64,000 bases of DNA from an uncultured Candidatus Saccharibacteria bacterium (GCA_964516975.1 CAZFAS010000001.1:118500-182499), one strand, 5' to 3'; shown: positions 33,808 through 44,273, counted from the first letter of the stretch. Numbers and translations are program-made. Notes: generated by a model from the letters alone, not told the origin.

Positions 33808-33918
33808 GTATTTTTAGTCTAACAACTCTCTCCCAAAACATACTGTGCACATCGAATAAAATCCATGTTAGTATAAAAAATATCAGTTTCGTCAAATTAT
33901 CATCATCATTTTCACTCT

Positions 33919-34338
33919 ATGGAAAAACACATTCAGCATCCCCGTATTGAAGAGCGAGCAAAAACCGGCCCTCATCTTACAAAAGATGAACGAGTTGGTT
34001 TCAACGGAAAGCTTGCACTTTATATTACAAATGCTGTTAGTACTATGTGGTGCGCATATATCTTTGCAGCAATCGCACTTATCAGTCTTCCAAACGCTAT
34101 TCAAAGTGGCACATCAGCGATCATCACGTGGATTGCTCAAACCTTTCTCCAACTCGTTCTCCTCTCTGTCATCATGGTGGGACAAAAAGTTGCAGCTACA
34201 GCATCAGATAAGCAAGCTCTCCAAACGTACAAAGATGCTGAAGCACTTCTCAAGATTCAAGACGAAATACACAAGCTTGTAAAAATCAATAACGAGCAGA
34301 CAGAAGAAATCCACGACCTGATTGTAAATAAAAAATAA
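33919..34338 (+). CDS. DUF1003-like membrane protein
   Basis: two TM helices followed by coiled coil. Confidence 0.45.
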   Translation: MEKHIQHPRIEERAKTGPHLTKDERVGFNGKLALYITNAVSTMWCAYIFAAIALISLPNAIQSGTSAIITWIAQTFLQLVLLSVIMVGQKVAATASDKQALQTYKDAEALLKIQDEIHKLVKINNEQTEEIHDLIVNKK

Positions 34339-34345
34339 ATAGTAA

Positions 34346-34375
34346 TAAAAAGTGCCCCAAAAGGGCACTTTTTAT
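34346..34375. terminator. bidirectional rho-independent terminator
   Basis: aaaaAGTGCCCcaaaaGGGCACTttttt. Confidence 0.6.
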
Positions 34376-34389
34376 TACTATCTTAAAAT

Positions 34390-34668
34390 TTATTTCTTCT
34401 TTTCTTCTTCCTGTTTTTTTCTAAGTTCCTCTGCTTCTTTTTCATGAAGCTCTCGCATTTCTACCTCAAGTTCACTAATCTCTCTTTGTATTTTCTCTTC
34501 CTCCCTTTTTGAATCGGCAATTTCTCTTTCCTTGTCCTGAGTTAATTTTTGCACTTCTTGGGTAAATTTGCCTTCAATTTTTTGCACTTCGCCTTGCACT
34601 TTCGTCAATTCGCTACGAAGCTTTGCTATCTTACCTTCGATTTCTCTAATTTTATCTGTTGCGCTCAT
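34390..34668 (-). CDS. hypothetical coiled-coil protein
   Basis: 92-aa K/E-rich ORF. Confidence 0.4.
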   Translation of the reverse strand: MSATDKIREIEGKIAKLRSELTKVQGEVQKIEGKFTQEVQKLTQDKEREIADSKREEEKIQREISELEVEMRELHEKEAEELRKKQEEEKKK

Positions 34669-34692
34669 ATTTTTTTACTATTATTTATAATG

Positions 34693-35985
34693 CTATCTCT
34701 GCTGCCATGCGCTTCCTTGCCTTACAAGCAAACTATCTTTTTTCTCAGGATGCAACATAACTTCCTCAACAGTCTTTTCCATACGAACACCTTGTGAACC
34801 CTTTATAAGTACGACATCACCTGATAGAAGTAATGACTGTAAATGCTTTCCTGCCTCTCGAGGTTTATCAAATTGAAATATATTTTCCTCACTCATCCCA
34901 CTACTAAGAGCACCCTCTGCTATACCTCGAGATCTGATACCTACCGTTATCAAAATCTCCACCACTTGTGCGGCATGTTCACCAGCTTTTTTATGTTCTG
35001 CACTTGAATACATACCAAGCTCTAGCATATCCCCAAGTACTGCAATCTTTCTCCCTTTTGCACGAATTGTTTTGAGTGCCTCAAGAGCTTCATGTAAGGC
35101 AACAGGAGAAGAGTTATATGTATCATCAATAAGTATAGTATCCTTTAATCCCTCAATAATATTCATTCTTCCAGGTGTCGGCTCATGCTTTCGAATAGTA
35201 TCAGCAACTTTCTTGAGTGTAATGCCCTGTGACACCCCTACTGCAATTGCAGCGAGAGCTGGATACATGACTTGTTTTCCAAGCCCGCCTTCGATTGTCA
35301 CTTTTTCAGTATGATCTTCAACTGTCACTTGAAAAGTTACTCCTCGTGGAACATCGCGTTCTTCATAGAGTGCATACTCGGTACCGAGCACATCAGAATT
35401 CTGCATGCCGTAATACATAATCTTCACATCTGATACGAGTGTTGCATAATTCCTCACATCCTCATCATCAGAATTAAGTATAAGTACCCCGTCACGCTTC
35501 AGAGCCTGAACAAGGTATCCTTTTTCTCGAACCACATCTTCTGGTGATGGGAAGAACTCGACATGCACTGGGACTTTTGAAAGTCTCGTTATTACAACAA
35601 CATCTGGTTTAATCCATTCTGTTATCTTTTTTATATCATATGGCCTATCAGCACCGATCTCGAGTACAAGCCAATCAGGATAATTATTTGGTATAAGTAC
35701 AAGAATAAGGCCCTCTATTATAATTTTGAGCCAAGCAAATGGATTATTCCATCCAGTAGGACAACCGAGAATCGTAAGCGGTACACCGAGTTCGCTATTA
35801 AAACTCTTCTCGCTCCTTCGAGTAAAATGAAAATGTGAGAGGGTTGAGAAAATAGCATCTTTCGTTGAAGTCTTCCCCACACTTCCAGTAACCGCAACAA
35901 TCCGCGGGTTATATTTTTTAAGAACAAGCTTTGCCTCCCAAGTAAGAATCGCCACTACAACATCTTTTAAAACCTGCTTTATCAT
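34693..35985 (-). CDS. murF: UDP-N-acetylmuramoyl-tripeptide--D-alanyl-D-alanine ligase
   Basis: ATP-binding ITGSVGKTSTKD, Mur ligase central and C-terminal domains. Confidence 0.85.
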   Translation of the reverse strand: MIKQVLKDVVVAILTWEAKLVLKKYNPRIVAVTGSVGKTSTKDAIFSTLSHFHFTRRSEKSFNSELGVPLTILGCPTGWNNPFAWLKIIIEGLILVLIPNNYPDWLVLEIGADRPYDIKKITEWIKPDVVVITRLSKVPVHVEFFPSPEDVVREKGYLVQALKRDGVLILNSDDEDVRNYATLVSDVKIMYYGMQNSDVLGTEYALYEERDVPRGVTFQVTVEDHTEKVTIEGGLGKQVMYPALAAIAVGVSQGITLKKVADTIRKHEPTPGRMNIIEGLKDTILIDDTYNSSPVALHEALEALKTIRAKGRKIAVLGDMLELGMYSSAEHKKAGEHAAQVVEILITVGIRSRGIAEGALSSGMSEENIFQFDKPREAGKHLQSLLLSGDVVLIKGSQGVRMEKTVEEVMLHPEKKDSLLVRQGSAWQQR

Positions 35986-36130
35986 ATTTTTATTATTAGT
36001 TATCTATCCGGCGGTATTTGGCCCCAAACAAATTATATATACTTTACTATTGCTGAGATACTATCTTCATTCTATCCTATTTTCGATGTATCACAATTTT
36101 CCCAGTAATTTGTAAGGGGTAAATAATAGT

Positions 36131-37837
36131 CTATCTATCTGGTGGTATCTGGTAGTAATTAATAAGAAACTTTGCGATATCCATAAATGGATCAGTAAGT
36201 GTCTCAGAAGCATATTTTACATTCTTTGGATAATAGGTATAGAGAAATACTATAAATTGAGGTTTGTATGCGGGGAAATAACCAAAGAAAGAGTGCAGAT
36301 ATCTATCTTCATAGTACCCGCCCCCACTTCCCTTTGAAATCTGAGCCGTACCTGTCTTAGCAGCAATACTATAATGCTCCTGCTTTACCTCTCCGTGACG
36401 AAGTGCTGTGTCTACAACACCCACAAGCATGCGTGTAATTGTTTCAGAAGTTTCTTTTTTGAGGACCTGCTTATCTGGGCCGAAGCTCATCGTCTTATAT
36501 CCACCGATTTTATAATTTATCCTTGTTGCGATATGTGGAGTTACGAGCTTTCCTCCGTTACCCAAAGTTGCGAGCGCTCGAATAGTCTCCACAGGGGTAA
36601 GAGCTATACCTTGCCCGAATGAAGCGGTTGCATATTCAATATCTCGAGGACTATTGAGGTTCGCTACAAGTCCGTGCGTTTCATTAGGAAGATCAATACC
36701 TGTTTCTTCACCAAGTCCATAATCAAGCATATATTTTGCAAAATTCTTCGTACCCATCTTAAGAGCTACGTATGCAGCGCCTGTGTTCAGTGATTGATTG
36801 AGTACTTCCTGCATACTTACTTGACCTCTACCCTTTCCATCAAAGTTCGAAAGTGTGCTTTTATTGAGTGTTAACTTACCCGCATCATAATATGTTGACT
36901 CTGGTGTAACTGCTCCAGCATCGATACCCGCTGCCATTGTGAGAGGTTTTACGATAGAACCCATTTCATATACATTTTCTACAAATTTATTTGAGAACAC
37001 TGAGGAATTTTTTTCTTCTTGAAGATTATTTGGATCAAATGTTGGGTCAAGTGCTATAGAATATATTTCCCCATTCGATGGATTCATCACGATTGCTCCA
37101 GTATATTCTGAATGATACTGCTCGTTTACTTTTTTGAGTTCCTGCTCTACATATGCTTGCACAGATGGCTCGATCGATGTTACGACGTCACCCTCAAGTT
37201 TGTTCCCTTCTATACCCTGCTTTAAATTTGAAAACACTTCTGCAAAAAAGTTTACAAAAACACTTTCGTTGTTTCTTCCAAGTACATCTTCATAATACCT
37301 TTCAAGCCCATACCTTCCCGCCAATTCATCACCCTTATAGGCAATGAACCCGAGTGTATGAGCCGCCATCGTATTGCCTGGATAGTATCTCCATCTTTGT
37401 TTATATGCAGTAATACCAGCAATCTTTTGCTTACTAATCTGATCAGCATCTGAAGCTGAGATCTTTTTTGCAACTTCTATATAGGTAGTATTTTTGTTTT
37501 CAATTTTCTTAAAGTATTCATCTTTATCAATAGATACAGCAGAACTAAGTGCTGCATAAGTCGCTTGCGGATCACTGATAAGTTTTGGATTTGCAGCAAT
37601 AATAAAACCATTTTTCAGTGTTGCCGCAGAGACAAGATCACCATCCTTAGTAGTAAAATAAATTAAACCACGATTGAAATAATCATACGTTGACTGTAAA
37701 TATTGTCTATCTGCTTTTGATTCAAAATCTTTTCGAGACACAATCTGCACCATGTAGAGCTTTCCAATAAGCAAAAAAGCAAATAGTAAAATTACTATCG
37801 AGAAAAGTCGTATCCTCGAAGAAGAATTCTTTGCCAT
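36131..37837 (-). CDS. ftsI: penicillin-binding protein (FtsI-type transpeptidase)
   Basis: N-terminal TM, SIVKP (SxxK), SxN, KTGTA motifs; between ftsL-like and murF. Confidence 0.85.
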   Translation of the reverse strand: MAKNSSSRIRLFSIVILLFAFLLIGKLYMVQIVSRKDFESKADRQYLQSTYDYFNRGLIYFTTKDGDLVSAATLKNGFIIAANPKLISDPQATYAALSSAVSIDKDEYFKKIENKNTTYIEVAKKISASDADQISKQKIAGITAYKQRWRYYPGNTMAAHTLGFIAYKGDELAGRYGLERYYEDVLGRNNESVFVNFFAEVFSNLKQGIEGNKLEGDVVTSIEPSVQAYVEQELKKVNEQYHSEYTGAIVMNPSNGEIYSIALDPTFDPNNLQEEKNSSVFSNKFVENVYEMGSIVKPLTMAAGIDAGAVTPESTYYDAGKLTLNKSTLSNFDGKGRGQVSMQEVLNQSLNTGAAYVALKMGTKNFAKYMLDYGLGEETGIDLPNETHGLVANLNSPRDIEYATASFGQGIALTPVETIRALATLGNGGKLVTPHIATRINYKIGGYKTMSFGPDKQVLKKETSETITRMLVGVVDTALRHGEVKQEHYSIAAKTGTAQISKGSGGGYYEDRYLHSFFGYFPAYKPQFIVFLYTYYPKNVKYASETLTDPFMDIAKFLINYYQIPPDR

Positions 37838-37894
37838 GTATGAATAGTGTACCCTGTTTACACAAAGTACGAAAGACTAAAAAATATAAAAATA

Positions 37895-38233
37895 CTACCT
37901 AACTTCGAATGCACTATCAGATGCTGGTATCTCAAGCATTGCAACTGAAGTTTTACGAGATACATATTTTGTATCTGACGTTGGAACAAATCCAAGCTTA
38001 AGCGCGTAATCTAATGTAATACTATTTTTTTGTTGTATATATTGAAATTCAAGATCACTAATATGTGAAGAAACCTTAGCGAGCTCAGTCTCGATAGCTT
38101 GGCGCTTCACTATATTACGTACTGTAAGATTTACAGAAAAAATGTATACAAAAATAGACAAAAGACATAGAGCACTCATTACCGTCATCGTGAGCTTTGG
38201 ATTCTGGAATAGTATTGCTTTTGCTTTCGTCAT
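37895..38233 (-). CDS. FtsL-like small bitopic cell-division protein
   Basis: single TM then coiled coil; position between rsmH and ftsI. Confidence 0.45.
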   Translation of the reverse strand: MTKAKAILFQNPKLTMTVMSALCLLSIFVYIFSVNLTVRNIVKRQAIETELAKVSSHISDLEFQYIQQKNSITLDYALKLGFVPTSDTKYVSRKTSVAMLEIPASDSAFEVR

Positions 38234-38245
38234 TATTTTGTAAAA

Positions 38246-39127
38246 TTACTTTTTCTCGATAATTCTTAATTTCGCACTTCTTGATCTTGGGTTTACTGCT
38301 ACTTCTTCGTCACTTGGCACGATCGGCTTCTTCGTTACAAGGACTGCGAGATCTGTATCTGACCAAGCTCTGAACATATGTTTTACAATTCGATCTTCAA
38401 GGCTGTGAAATGAAATTGCTGCTATTCTTCCTTTTGGTCTGAGCGCAGTAAACGCTTTTGTTAGTCCATCTTGTATAGACTCGAGCTCATCATTTACTGT
38501 TATACGTAACGCTTGAAATGTTCGAGTCGCAGGATGGATCTTTCCATGTTTAGATTTGGCAGGCACTGCTCCGACAATAATGTCTACCAGTTGCCCAGTG
38601 GTGCGTATTGGTTTTATTTCTCGAGCTTTTACTATTGCCCTTGAAATCTTCCCCGCAAAACGTTCTTCACCGTACCCACGAATGATATGTCGGATGTTCT
38701 CTTCATCCCACTCATTCACAATCTCCTGCGCGGTGAAACCGGAGTGATTTTTCCCAAATGTCATAAGGAGAGGTTCATCTCTTTGAAATGAAAATCCTCT
38801 TCCTGATTCTTCGAGTTGATTTGACGAGAGGCCAAAATCAAAAATCACTTTATCCACATTCGACAGACGAAGGTTCTCGAGGATTGTATCAAGGTTTCGA
38901 AATGAATCATTTACATACGTGATGTTTGTAAATTCTTTCAGTCTCTCCTTACTCCTTTCGATAGCATCGGGGTCAAGATCAATCCCGATAATGTTAACCT
39001 TCTTTCCAAGACGCGCGATTGATTCGGTATGCCCCCCGTTTCCGAGAGTGCCATCAACCACGGTGTTGTCGTCTTGAATGTCGAGCCCATCTAACACTTC
39101 ATGTAAAAGAACTGATGTGTGCACCAT
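38246..39127 (-). CDS. rsmH: 16S rRNA (cytosine1402-N4)-methyltransferase RsmH (MraW)
   Basis: SAM motif VDGTLGNGGH; start at MVHTSVL (39127) to avoid overlap with mraZ; longest ORF to 39259. Confidence 0.85.
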   Translation of the reverse strand: MVHTSVLLHEVLDGLDIQDDNTVVDGTLGNGGHTESIARLGKKVNIIGIDLDPDAIERSKERLKEFTNITYVNDSFRNLDTILENLRLSNVDKVIFDFGLSSNQLEESGRGFSFQRDEPLLMTFGKNHSGFTAQEIVNEWDEENIRHIIRGYGEERFAGKISRAIVKAREIKPIRTTGQLVDIIVGAVPAKSKHGKIHPATRTFQALRITVNDELESIQDGLTKAFTALRPKGRIAAISFHSLEDRIVKHMFRAWSDTDLAVLVTKKPIVPSDEEVAVNPRSRSAKLRIIEKK

Positions 39128-39131
39128 ACAT

Positions 39132-39590
39132 TTATATAACTCCCATTCCTCCAAGCTTTTCTGCCATTGAATCCGCTTGTTTTTCAATAACAGTGCGCTT
39201 CTCCGACCAATCTTTTTCATTCCATATTTCGATTCGATCGTAGAGTCCTGCAAAAACAACTTTGCTTTTGAGAGAAGCGAAATCTCGGAGAAAATCAGGA
39301 ATAAGAATTCTTCCGATTGTATCTACCTCGACTTCTACTGCTCCAGAAAGCATGAATCGTCCGAAGTCACGATTATCACGGTGCCCCATGGGTAACTTAC
39401 CAAGTGTCTTTGCAATTTCTTCCCACGCTTTTGTCGGATACACAAGAAGACACGCATCAGGACTTTTTGTTATTACAATTTTTTTCCCGAGATCTTTTCT
39501 GAATCGTGAAGGTAATGAGATTCTTTTTTTCTCATCAACCGTATGCGTATATTCTCCAATAAACATTGTTGCGTAGTGAAGAAAAAGCAT
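39132..39590 (-). CDS. mraZ: transcriptional regulator MraZ
   Basis: duplicated DxxxR-type halves (DEKKRISLPSRFRK...). Confidence 0.85.
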   Translation of the reverse strand: MLFLHYATMFIGEYTHTVDEKKRISLPSRFRKDLGKKIVITKSPDACLLVYPTKAWEEIAKTLGKLPMGHRDNRDFGRFMLSGAVEVEVDTIGRILIPDFLRDFASLKSKVVFAGLYDRIEIWNEKDWSEKRTVIEKQADSMAEKLGGMGVI

Positions 39591-39692
39591 ATCCCACTTC
39601 TTCCCACTTGATAGTAAGTATAGAACACTTCATCCCACTTCCCTACAATTTTTATCCACTTTTTTGGTGAACTGTAGTTCTTTTGTATATTT

Positions 39693-39733
39693 TTTTAAAA
39701 AAGAAAATAGCCTCGCGCTTTGCGCGAGGCTAT
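39693..39733 (-). terminator. rho-independent terminator (minus strand)
   Basis: TAGCCTCGCGCtttgCGCGAGGCTA + T-run on minus. Confidence 0.6.
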
Positions 39734-39742
39734 CCAACGGAG

Positions 39743-40390
39743 CTACTTCTTCTTCGGGACCCAAGTGAGTCCCATGTACCACATGTCTGTCCTCTTGTTC
39801 ACGTTGCGTGTCCAAGAAGATGTCACGGAAACTTCTTCCGTCATCGGTACCGTAAGTGCTACTGACGGAAGCGTGTTCCATGGAAGGTCGAGGAAGTTCA
39901 GCTTGGCGTAGCCAAGCGTTACCCATCGATACGAAAGGGAAACATCACCCAGATATCCGATGAGTAACGTCTCCGGATTCTGGACACCATCTTCCCTGAA
40001 TGACTTCGGTTCATAGGCCGGATACCACGCTGGCCACTGCATCGTCGAGACCTTGATCTCGTCACTACCGATCTTCGCGACCGGAACAGTGAGCCTGACG
40101 TACGGCCCAACCCAGGGCGAACCCTGGTAGTGACCGACAGACCATGCGATGAAACCAGTCAGCTTGCGTCCATGAAGATTCTTCCCCATGGCAAGCCACG
40201 CCTGCTCCTGCATGACAGCGAACTCCCCATATTCAGAGGAATCCGCTTTCTCGAAGATTACGATACCGGTGATTCCTGATGCGATGGCGCCTTCGCCAGC
40301 ACCAACGCTGACAGAAGACACACGGCGCTGGGCAGACGCGCCACTCACGCCGACCAAAAGCATCATGACAACCGCAAGAATGGTGCGCAT
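39743..40390 (-). CDS. secreted hypothetical protein (signal peptide), GC-rich island
   Basis: MRTILAVVMMLLVGVSGASAQ signal; W/Y-rich; ~55% GC. Confidence 0.5.
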   Translation of the reverse strand: MRTILAVVMMLLVGVSGASAQRRVSSVSVGAGEGAIASGITGIVIFEKADSSEYGEFAVMQEQAWLAMGKNLHGRKLTGFIAWSVGHYQGSPWVGPYVRLTVPVAKIGSDEIKVSTMQWPAWYPAYEPKSFREDGVQNPETLLIGYLGDVSLSYRWVTLGYAKLNFLDLPWNTLPSVALTVPMTEEVSVTSSWTRNVNKRTDMWYMGLTWVPKKK

Positions 40391-40473
40391 CCCCCTTCCC
40401 CCTTGGATTTGAAGTTAAGATACAAACAAAGAACAGTACTACTTATATATCATAAAATATTTATTAAGTCAAG

Positions 40474-40506
40474 TAAGAAAAAGCCGGTTCATTTCTGAAC
40501 CGGCTC
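40474..40506 (-). terminator. rho-independent terminator (minus strand)
   Basis: AGCCGGTTCAtttcTGAACCGGCT + T-run on minus. Confidence 0.6.
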
Positions 40507-40514
40507 TCCTACAA

Positions 40515-41117
40515 CTAGAAGCTAAGTCGCAATGCAGCGACCGAATTACGCGACCCCTTAACTTCAGGATCAAACGCAACCGGCACTGCCCACAACATCA
40601 CACGCTTCTTTGAGAATACAACTTGGACACGAGGTCCAACACCAGCGAAACGCTGGGCACGAACACCGAGTCCAATGTTGTTGATTCCATTCAAAGTATC
40701 TGAATGGGTCAAAACATTGTTGTTCTGTTCGAGCAAATACCAATAACCCGAACCTCCCAACTCAGTGGCGAGATACAGCGAGTGCACCCCTTTCGCCATG
40801 AAGGCTGACGCCTGCATGCGCAAGGGGTTAACATCGCTCTCCACACCTCCTCCGATACTCAGCTCGATCCATGTAGCGGGAACGTAGGTCATCCCCACGA
40901 TCCCCTCGCTCCATGTATTTGAACTGAGTGACCAGATGAACACCTTCAAGTGTTCATTGATCTTGTGCTCACCAGAGATATCCACCTGAGTGGACATCTT
41001 GTGGGACTTTGCATTATACAAGTTATAGCTCTCTGTCCAGAACGAATTCCGAGACTGAGCTTCAACATTGCATACTGCTCCCAGCATGAGTGCCACAAAG
41101 GCGAAGATTCTCAACAC
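40515..41117 (-). CDS. secreted hypothetical beta-rich protein ending in C-terminal Phe (outer-membrane-barrel-like signature)
   Basis: signal MLRIFAFVALMLGAVCNVEAQ; alternating hydrophobic strands; ...VAALRLSF end. Confidence 0.5.
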   Translation of the reverse strand: MLRIFAFVALMLGAVCNVEAQSRNSFWTESYNLYNAKSHKMSTQVDISGEHKINEHLKVFIWSLSSNTWSEGIVGMTYVPATWIELSIGGGVESDVNPLRMQASAFMAKGVHSLYLATELGGSGYWYLLEQNNNVLTHSDTLNGINNIGLGVRAQRFAGVGPRVQVVFSKKRVMLWAVPVAFDPEVKGSRNSVAALRLSF

Positions 41118-41232
41118 TGTCGTATCCTCTTTGTAAGTGAAAGAACTAACCGTGCTAGTATTATACCATAAATATTACATAATTGTCAAGTATGAAAAAG
41201 ACGTCTTGATATGTACCAAGACGTCTTGTTGC

Positions 41233-41451
41233 CTACCCAGGATTTTCGTTGTAACCACAGTTGTTACACCGATGAGACCTTACATCCAGCAATGACCCAC
41301 ATTTGGGACATGAAACTGGCTCTGGCTTCGGCCTTGGGATTCCATGATGGATTTCCGCTCCGCAATGCGGACATTTTCTCAGATTTCCCTTTTCAAAGTT
41401 TCTCTTGCACGTGCAGTAATACACTGCCATATCTCCCCCCGGAAAGGACAA
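41233..41451 (-). CDS. small zinc-ribbon protein
   Basis: four CxxC pairs in 72 aa. Confidence 0.4.
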   Translation of the reverse strand: MSFPGGDMAVYYCTCKRNFEKGNLRKCPHCGAEIHHGIPRPKPEPVSCPKCGSLLDVRSHRCNNCGYNENPG

Positions 41452-41487
41452 AGCTGATACTAGTGAAAACTGAATATAAAATCAAGT

Positions 41488-41524
41488 CAAAAAAATAGCA
41501 TCGTACAAATTTTGTACGATGCTA
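41488..41524 (-). terminator. rho-independent terminator (minus strand)
   Basis: AGCATCGTACAAAtTTTGTACGATGCT with A/T runs. Confidence 0.55.
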
Positions 41525-41713
41525 CTTACTAACAGTACTTCTCAAGTACTCCTGCAACTCGCGCATCACCTTTTCATGGTTCATGTGAAGAAGGCCTCTC
41601 AGCTGAACCAGCCTCCGCTGGTCTACATCAGGCAATTCATCCTCTCTCACACCATTAACCATGATCTTACCGTATTCAAGGAGGAGTTTCCTCTTGAATT
41701 CCTCGTTTCGCAT
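41522..41713 (-). CDS. small hypothetical protein
   Basis: 63-aa ORF. Confidence 0.3.
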   Translation of the reverse strand: MRNEEFKRKLLLEYGKIMVNGVREDELPDVDQRRLVQLRGLLHMNHEKVMRELQEYLRSTVSK

Positions 41714-41767
41714 GCGACCTCCGAGTTGTCCTCACAGCACAATAACACAAATTCGGATAAACGCAAA

Positions 41768-42202
41768 TTATTGCGTTTCAAGATTGTTTGCCCGCGTCAA
41801 TGTAAGTCTAAGAGCGAATTGGCCACATGCATTCCTAGATTCAGCGTTTGGAAGTACCGCACTCACATCTTCAAGTTTCTTCCCAGCTTTTATGGCATTT
41901 CTTATAAAAATTCGGATAGTATCCTGTGTTGCGGTGTGAGTGATGCTTCTTTGTTCATCTTTTATTGCATGCTCCTCACCTCTACCCTCCGTCTCAAGTG
42001 TAGAAAGATGATCCACTACACTCTTTGTATACCGCAAACACTGATCAAGAAGATCTTCCAATAATTCTTGTAAATTTTCATCACCTTCTGCTAATGCGTT
42101 TAGTTTTTCAAGTGGCACCATCCACGAAGTACTATCCATATCAAATCCTTCACGAAGTGGTTCTATCTCTTTTACTGTTTCATCAGGTAACTCAAAATGC
42201 AT
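41768..42202 (-). CDS. acidic hypothetical protein
   Basis: 144-aa ORF. Confidence 0.4.
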   Translation of the reverse strand: MHFELPDETVKEIEPLREGFDMDSTSWMVPLEKLNALAEGDENLQELLEDLLDQCLRYTKSVVDHLSTLETEGRGEEHAIKDEQRSITHTATQDTIRIFIRNAIKAGKKLEDVSAVLPNAESRNACGQFALRLTLTRANNLETQ

Positions 42203-42207
42203 ATATG

Positions 42208-43686
42208 TTAATTATCTTTAGGTTTTAATGTTGGAAATAGTATCACTTCCTTAATATTCTTCACATCAGTAAGTAACATTGCGAGTCTATCTATTCCGAT
42301 ACCAATCCCTCCATTTGGTGGCATGCCGTATTCCATTGCTTCAAGATATACTTCGTCAGACGGTGATATCTCGGATTCACCTTTTTTACCTTTTTTCTCT
42401 TCCTCAAGATATCGAGCTTTCTGATCAAGAGGATTATTCGTCTCAGAAAAAGCATTTACAAGCTCTACTCCCCCGACGACAAGCTGAAATCTATCGATAA
42501 GTGTAGGATCATCTTCCTTACGCTTTGCGAAAGGATTCATTGCAACAGGATAATCAACAATAAATGTAGGCTGAACAAGCTTAGGGCGAGCTGTCTTTTT
42601 ATAAATGTTATCCATGATTTTTTCGAGTGCCTCCTCTGGTTCAACTTTTACTCCAAGTTGTTGTGCGCGAATTGCAGCGTCTTCACGAGTCAGTGTCTCT
42701 GGATTTGGAATAAGTGCATGCCGGCGTAATAGATCATAAAAAGTAACAACAGCAAATTTTTTGCTAAAATCGATTGTCTGTTCGTCGTACACGATCTTAC
42801 TTTTACCAAACAACTTTTTCACAACATACTTAAAGAGTTCCTCGATAAAGTCTCGCTGATCCTGTGCATCTGCATATGCTTCATTTGACTCAAGCATTGT
42901 GAACTCAGGATTATGTGTTGTATCGATACCTTCGTTTCGAAATCTTCTACCTATTTCATACACCTTGGTAAACCCACCACCAAGCAGTTCTTTCAAATAT
43001 AACTCTTGCGCGATAGGAAGATAAAAGTCCATATCAAGAGCATTATGATGTGTCACAAAAGGTTTAGCTGTTGCTCCTCCAGCTAGCGGTTGGAGTTGTG
43101 GTACTTCGACCTCAAGAAACCCTTTATCATTATAAAAGTTGCGAATTTCTTGAATCATCTTGATTCGAAGAATAAATCTTTGCTTCACTTCTTCGCTCAT
43201 GAGTGTATCGAGATACCGACGCCTGAATCTTTCCTCGACATCTTGAAGTCCGTGCCACTTTTCAGGAAGAGGTCTTAGTCCCTTTGCAAGCATGCGCCAC
43301 TTAGAAACCTGAACGGTCTTCTCATTTCTTTTTGTCACGAACAGTGAGCCTTTTACTTCTACGAAATCCCCGATATCGAGCGTTTCATTGAGCAAGTCAA
43401 AATCTGCATCGCTAATCTTCTCCCCCTTTTTTACAAGTGCTTGAAATTTCTCAGTACCATCTGAAAAATGAAAAAACACGAGACCACCTTGAGGCCGTAG
43501 TGACATGACTCTTCCTACAAGGTAATACTCTTTCTTTTTTGCTTTTGATAGCTTATTAAAATTCTTAACAACCTCTGAAAGTTCAAAATCTCTTTTTGTT
43601 GTGGTTGGGAATGCATTAATACCCTTCTCTTCGAGCTTCTGCAATTTCTCTAGTCGTATATTTCTAATTTCTTCAAGTGAAGACAT
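42208..43686 (-). CDS. lysS: lysine--tRNA ligase (class II)
   Basis: N-terminal OB fold, class II motifs 1-3 (...FRNEGIDTTHNPEFTMLE..., ...GIGIDRLAML...). Confidence 0.9.
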   Translation of the reverse strand: MSSLEEIRNIRLEKLQKLEEKGINAFPTTTKRDFELSEVVKNFNKLSKAKKKEYYLVGRVMSLRPQGGLVFFHFSDGTEKFQALVKKGEKISDADFDLLNETLDIGDFVEVKGSLFVTKRNEKTVQVSKWRMLAKGLRPLPEKWHGLQDVEERFRRRYLDTLMSEEVKQRFILRIKMIQEIRNFYNDKGFLEVEVPQLQPLAGGATAKPFVTHHNALDMDFYLPIAQELYLKELLGGGFTKVYEIGRRFRNEGIDTTHNPEFTMLESNEAYADAQDQRDFIEELFKYVVKKLFGKSKIVYDEQTIDFSKKFAVVTFYDLLRRHALIPNPETLTREDAAIRAQQLGVKVEPEEALEKIMDNIYKKTARPKLVQPTFIVDYPVAMNPFAKRKEDDPTLIDRFQLVVGGVELVNAFSETNNPLDQKARYLEEEKKGKKGESEISPSDEVYLEAMEYGMPPNGGIGIGIDRLAMLLTDVKNIKEVILFPTLKPKDN

Positions 43687-43790
43687 GTTCGGACTCTTAT
43701 CTATTAATACTATATGGTAAATAGTAGCACAAAAAAGCGTGTAGACATGGCTCTACAATAATGGGACCTTAAAGCAAACTTGGAACGAGA

Positions 43791-44258
43791 TTACTTGATT
43801 TCGAGAATCTTGTAGGTCACATTACCGCCCGGAGTTGAGAATGAGAATGACTCCCCCTTCTTTTTTCCCTGAGCGGCAGACCCTAATGGAGATTTGATTG
43901 AGATTTTGCCGAGAGACATATCAGCCTCTTCTGAACCCACGAGTGTAATGACCTTTTTATCCTTGTCACCCTCCTTCTGAATAGTAAGTGCTGAACCCAC
44001 AGACGCAACGCCAGTAGTATGTGCTGAAACGATAGTTGCTGTTTTAAGAATCATTTCAAGTTTTGCAATTCTATCTTCAACAGAAGCCTGCATATCACGT
44101 GCTTCATGGTATTCAGCATTCTCAGAAAGATCACCAAGACCCTTGGCATGCTCAAGGTTTTCTGCAACTTCCTTTCTTCGAACTGTTTTCAAATGATGTA
44201 ACTCATTTTTGAACTCTTCGAACTTTTCTTTGGTCAAATACTCGTGTTCGTCTTTCAT
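43791..44258 (-). CDS. greA: transcription elongation factor GreA
   Basis: N-terminal coiled coil with acidic tip, C-terminal FKBP-like domain. Confidence 0.85.
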   Translation of the reverse strand: MKDEHEYLTKEKFEEFKNELHHLKTVRRKEVAENLEHAKGLGDLSENAEYHEARDMQASVEDRIAKLEMILKTATIVSAHTTGVASVGSALTIQKEGDKDKKVITLVGSEEADMSLGKISIKSPLGSAAQGKKKGESFSFSTPGGNVTYKILEIK

Positions 44259-44273
44259 ATATATTAGCGAGTT

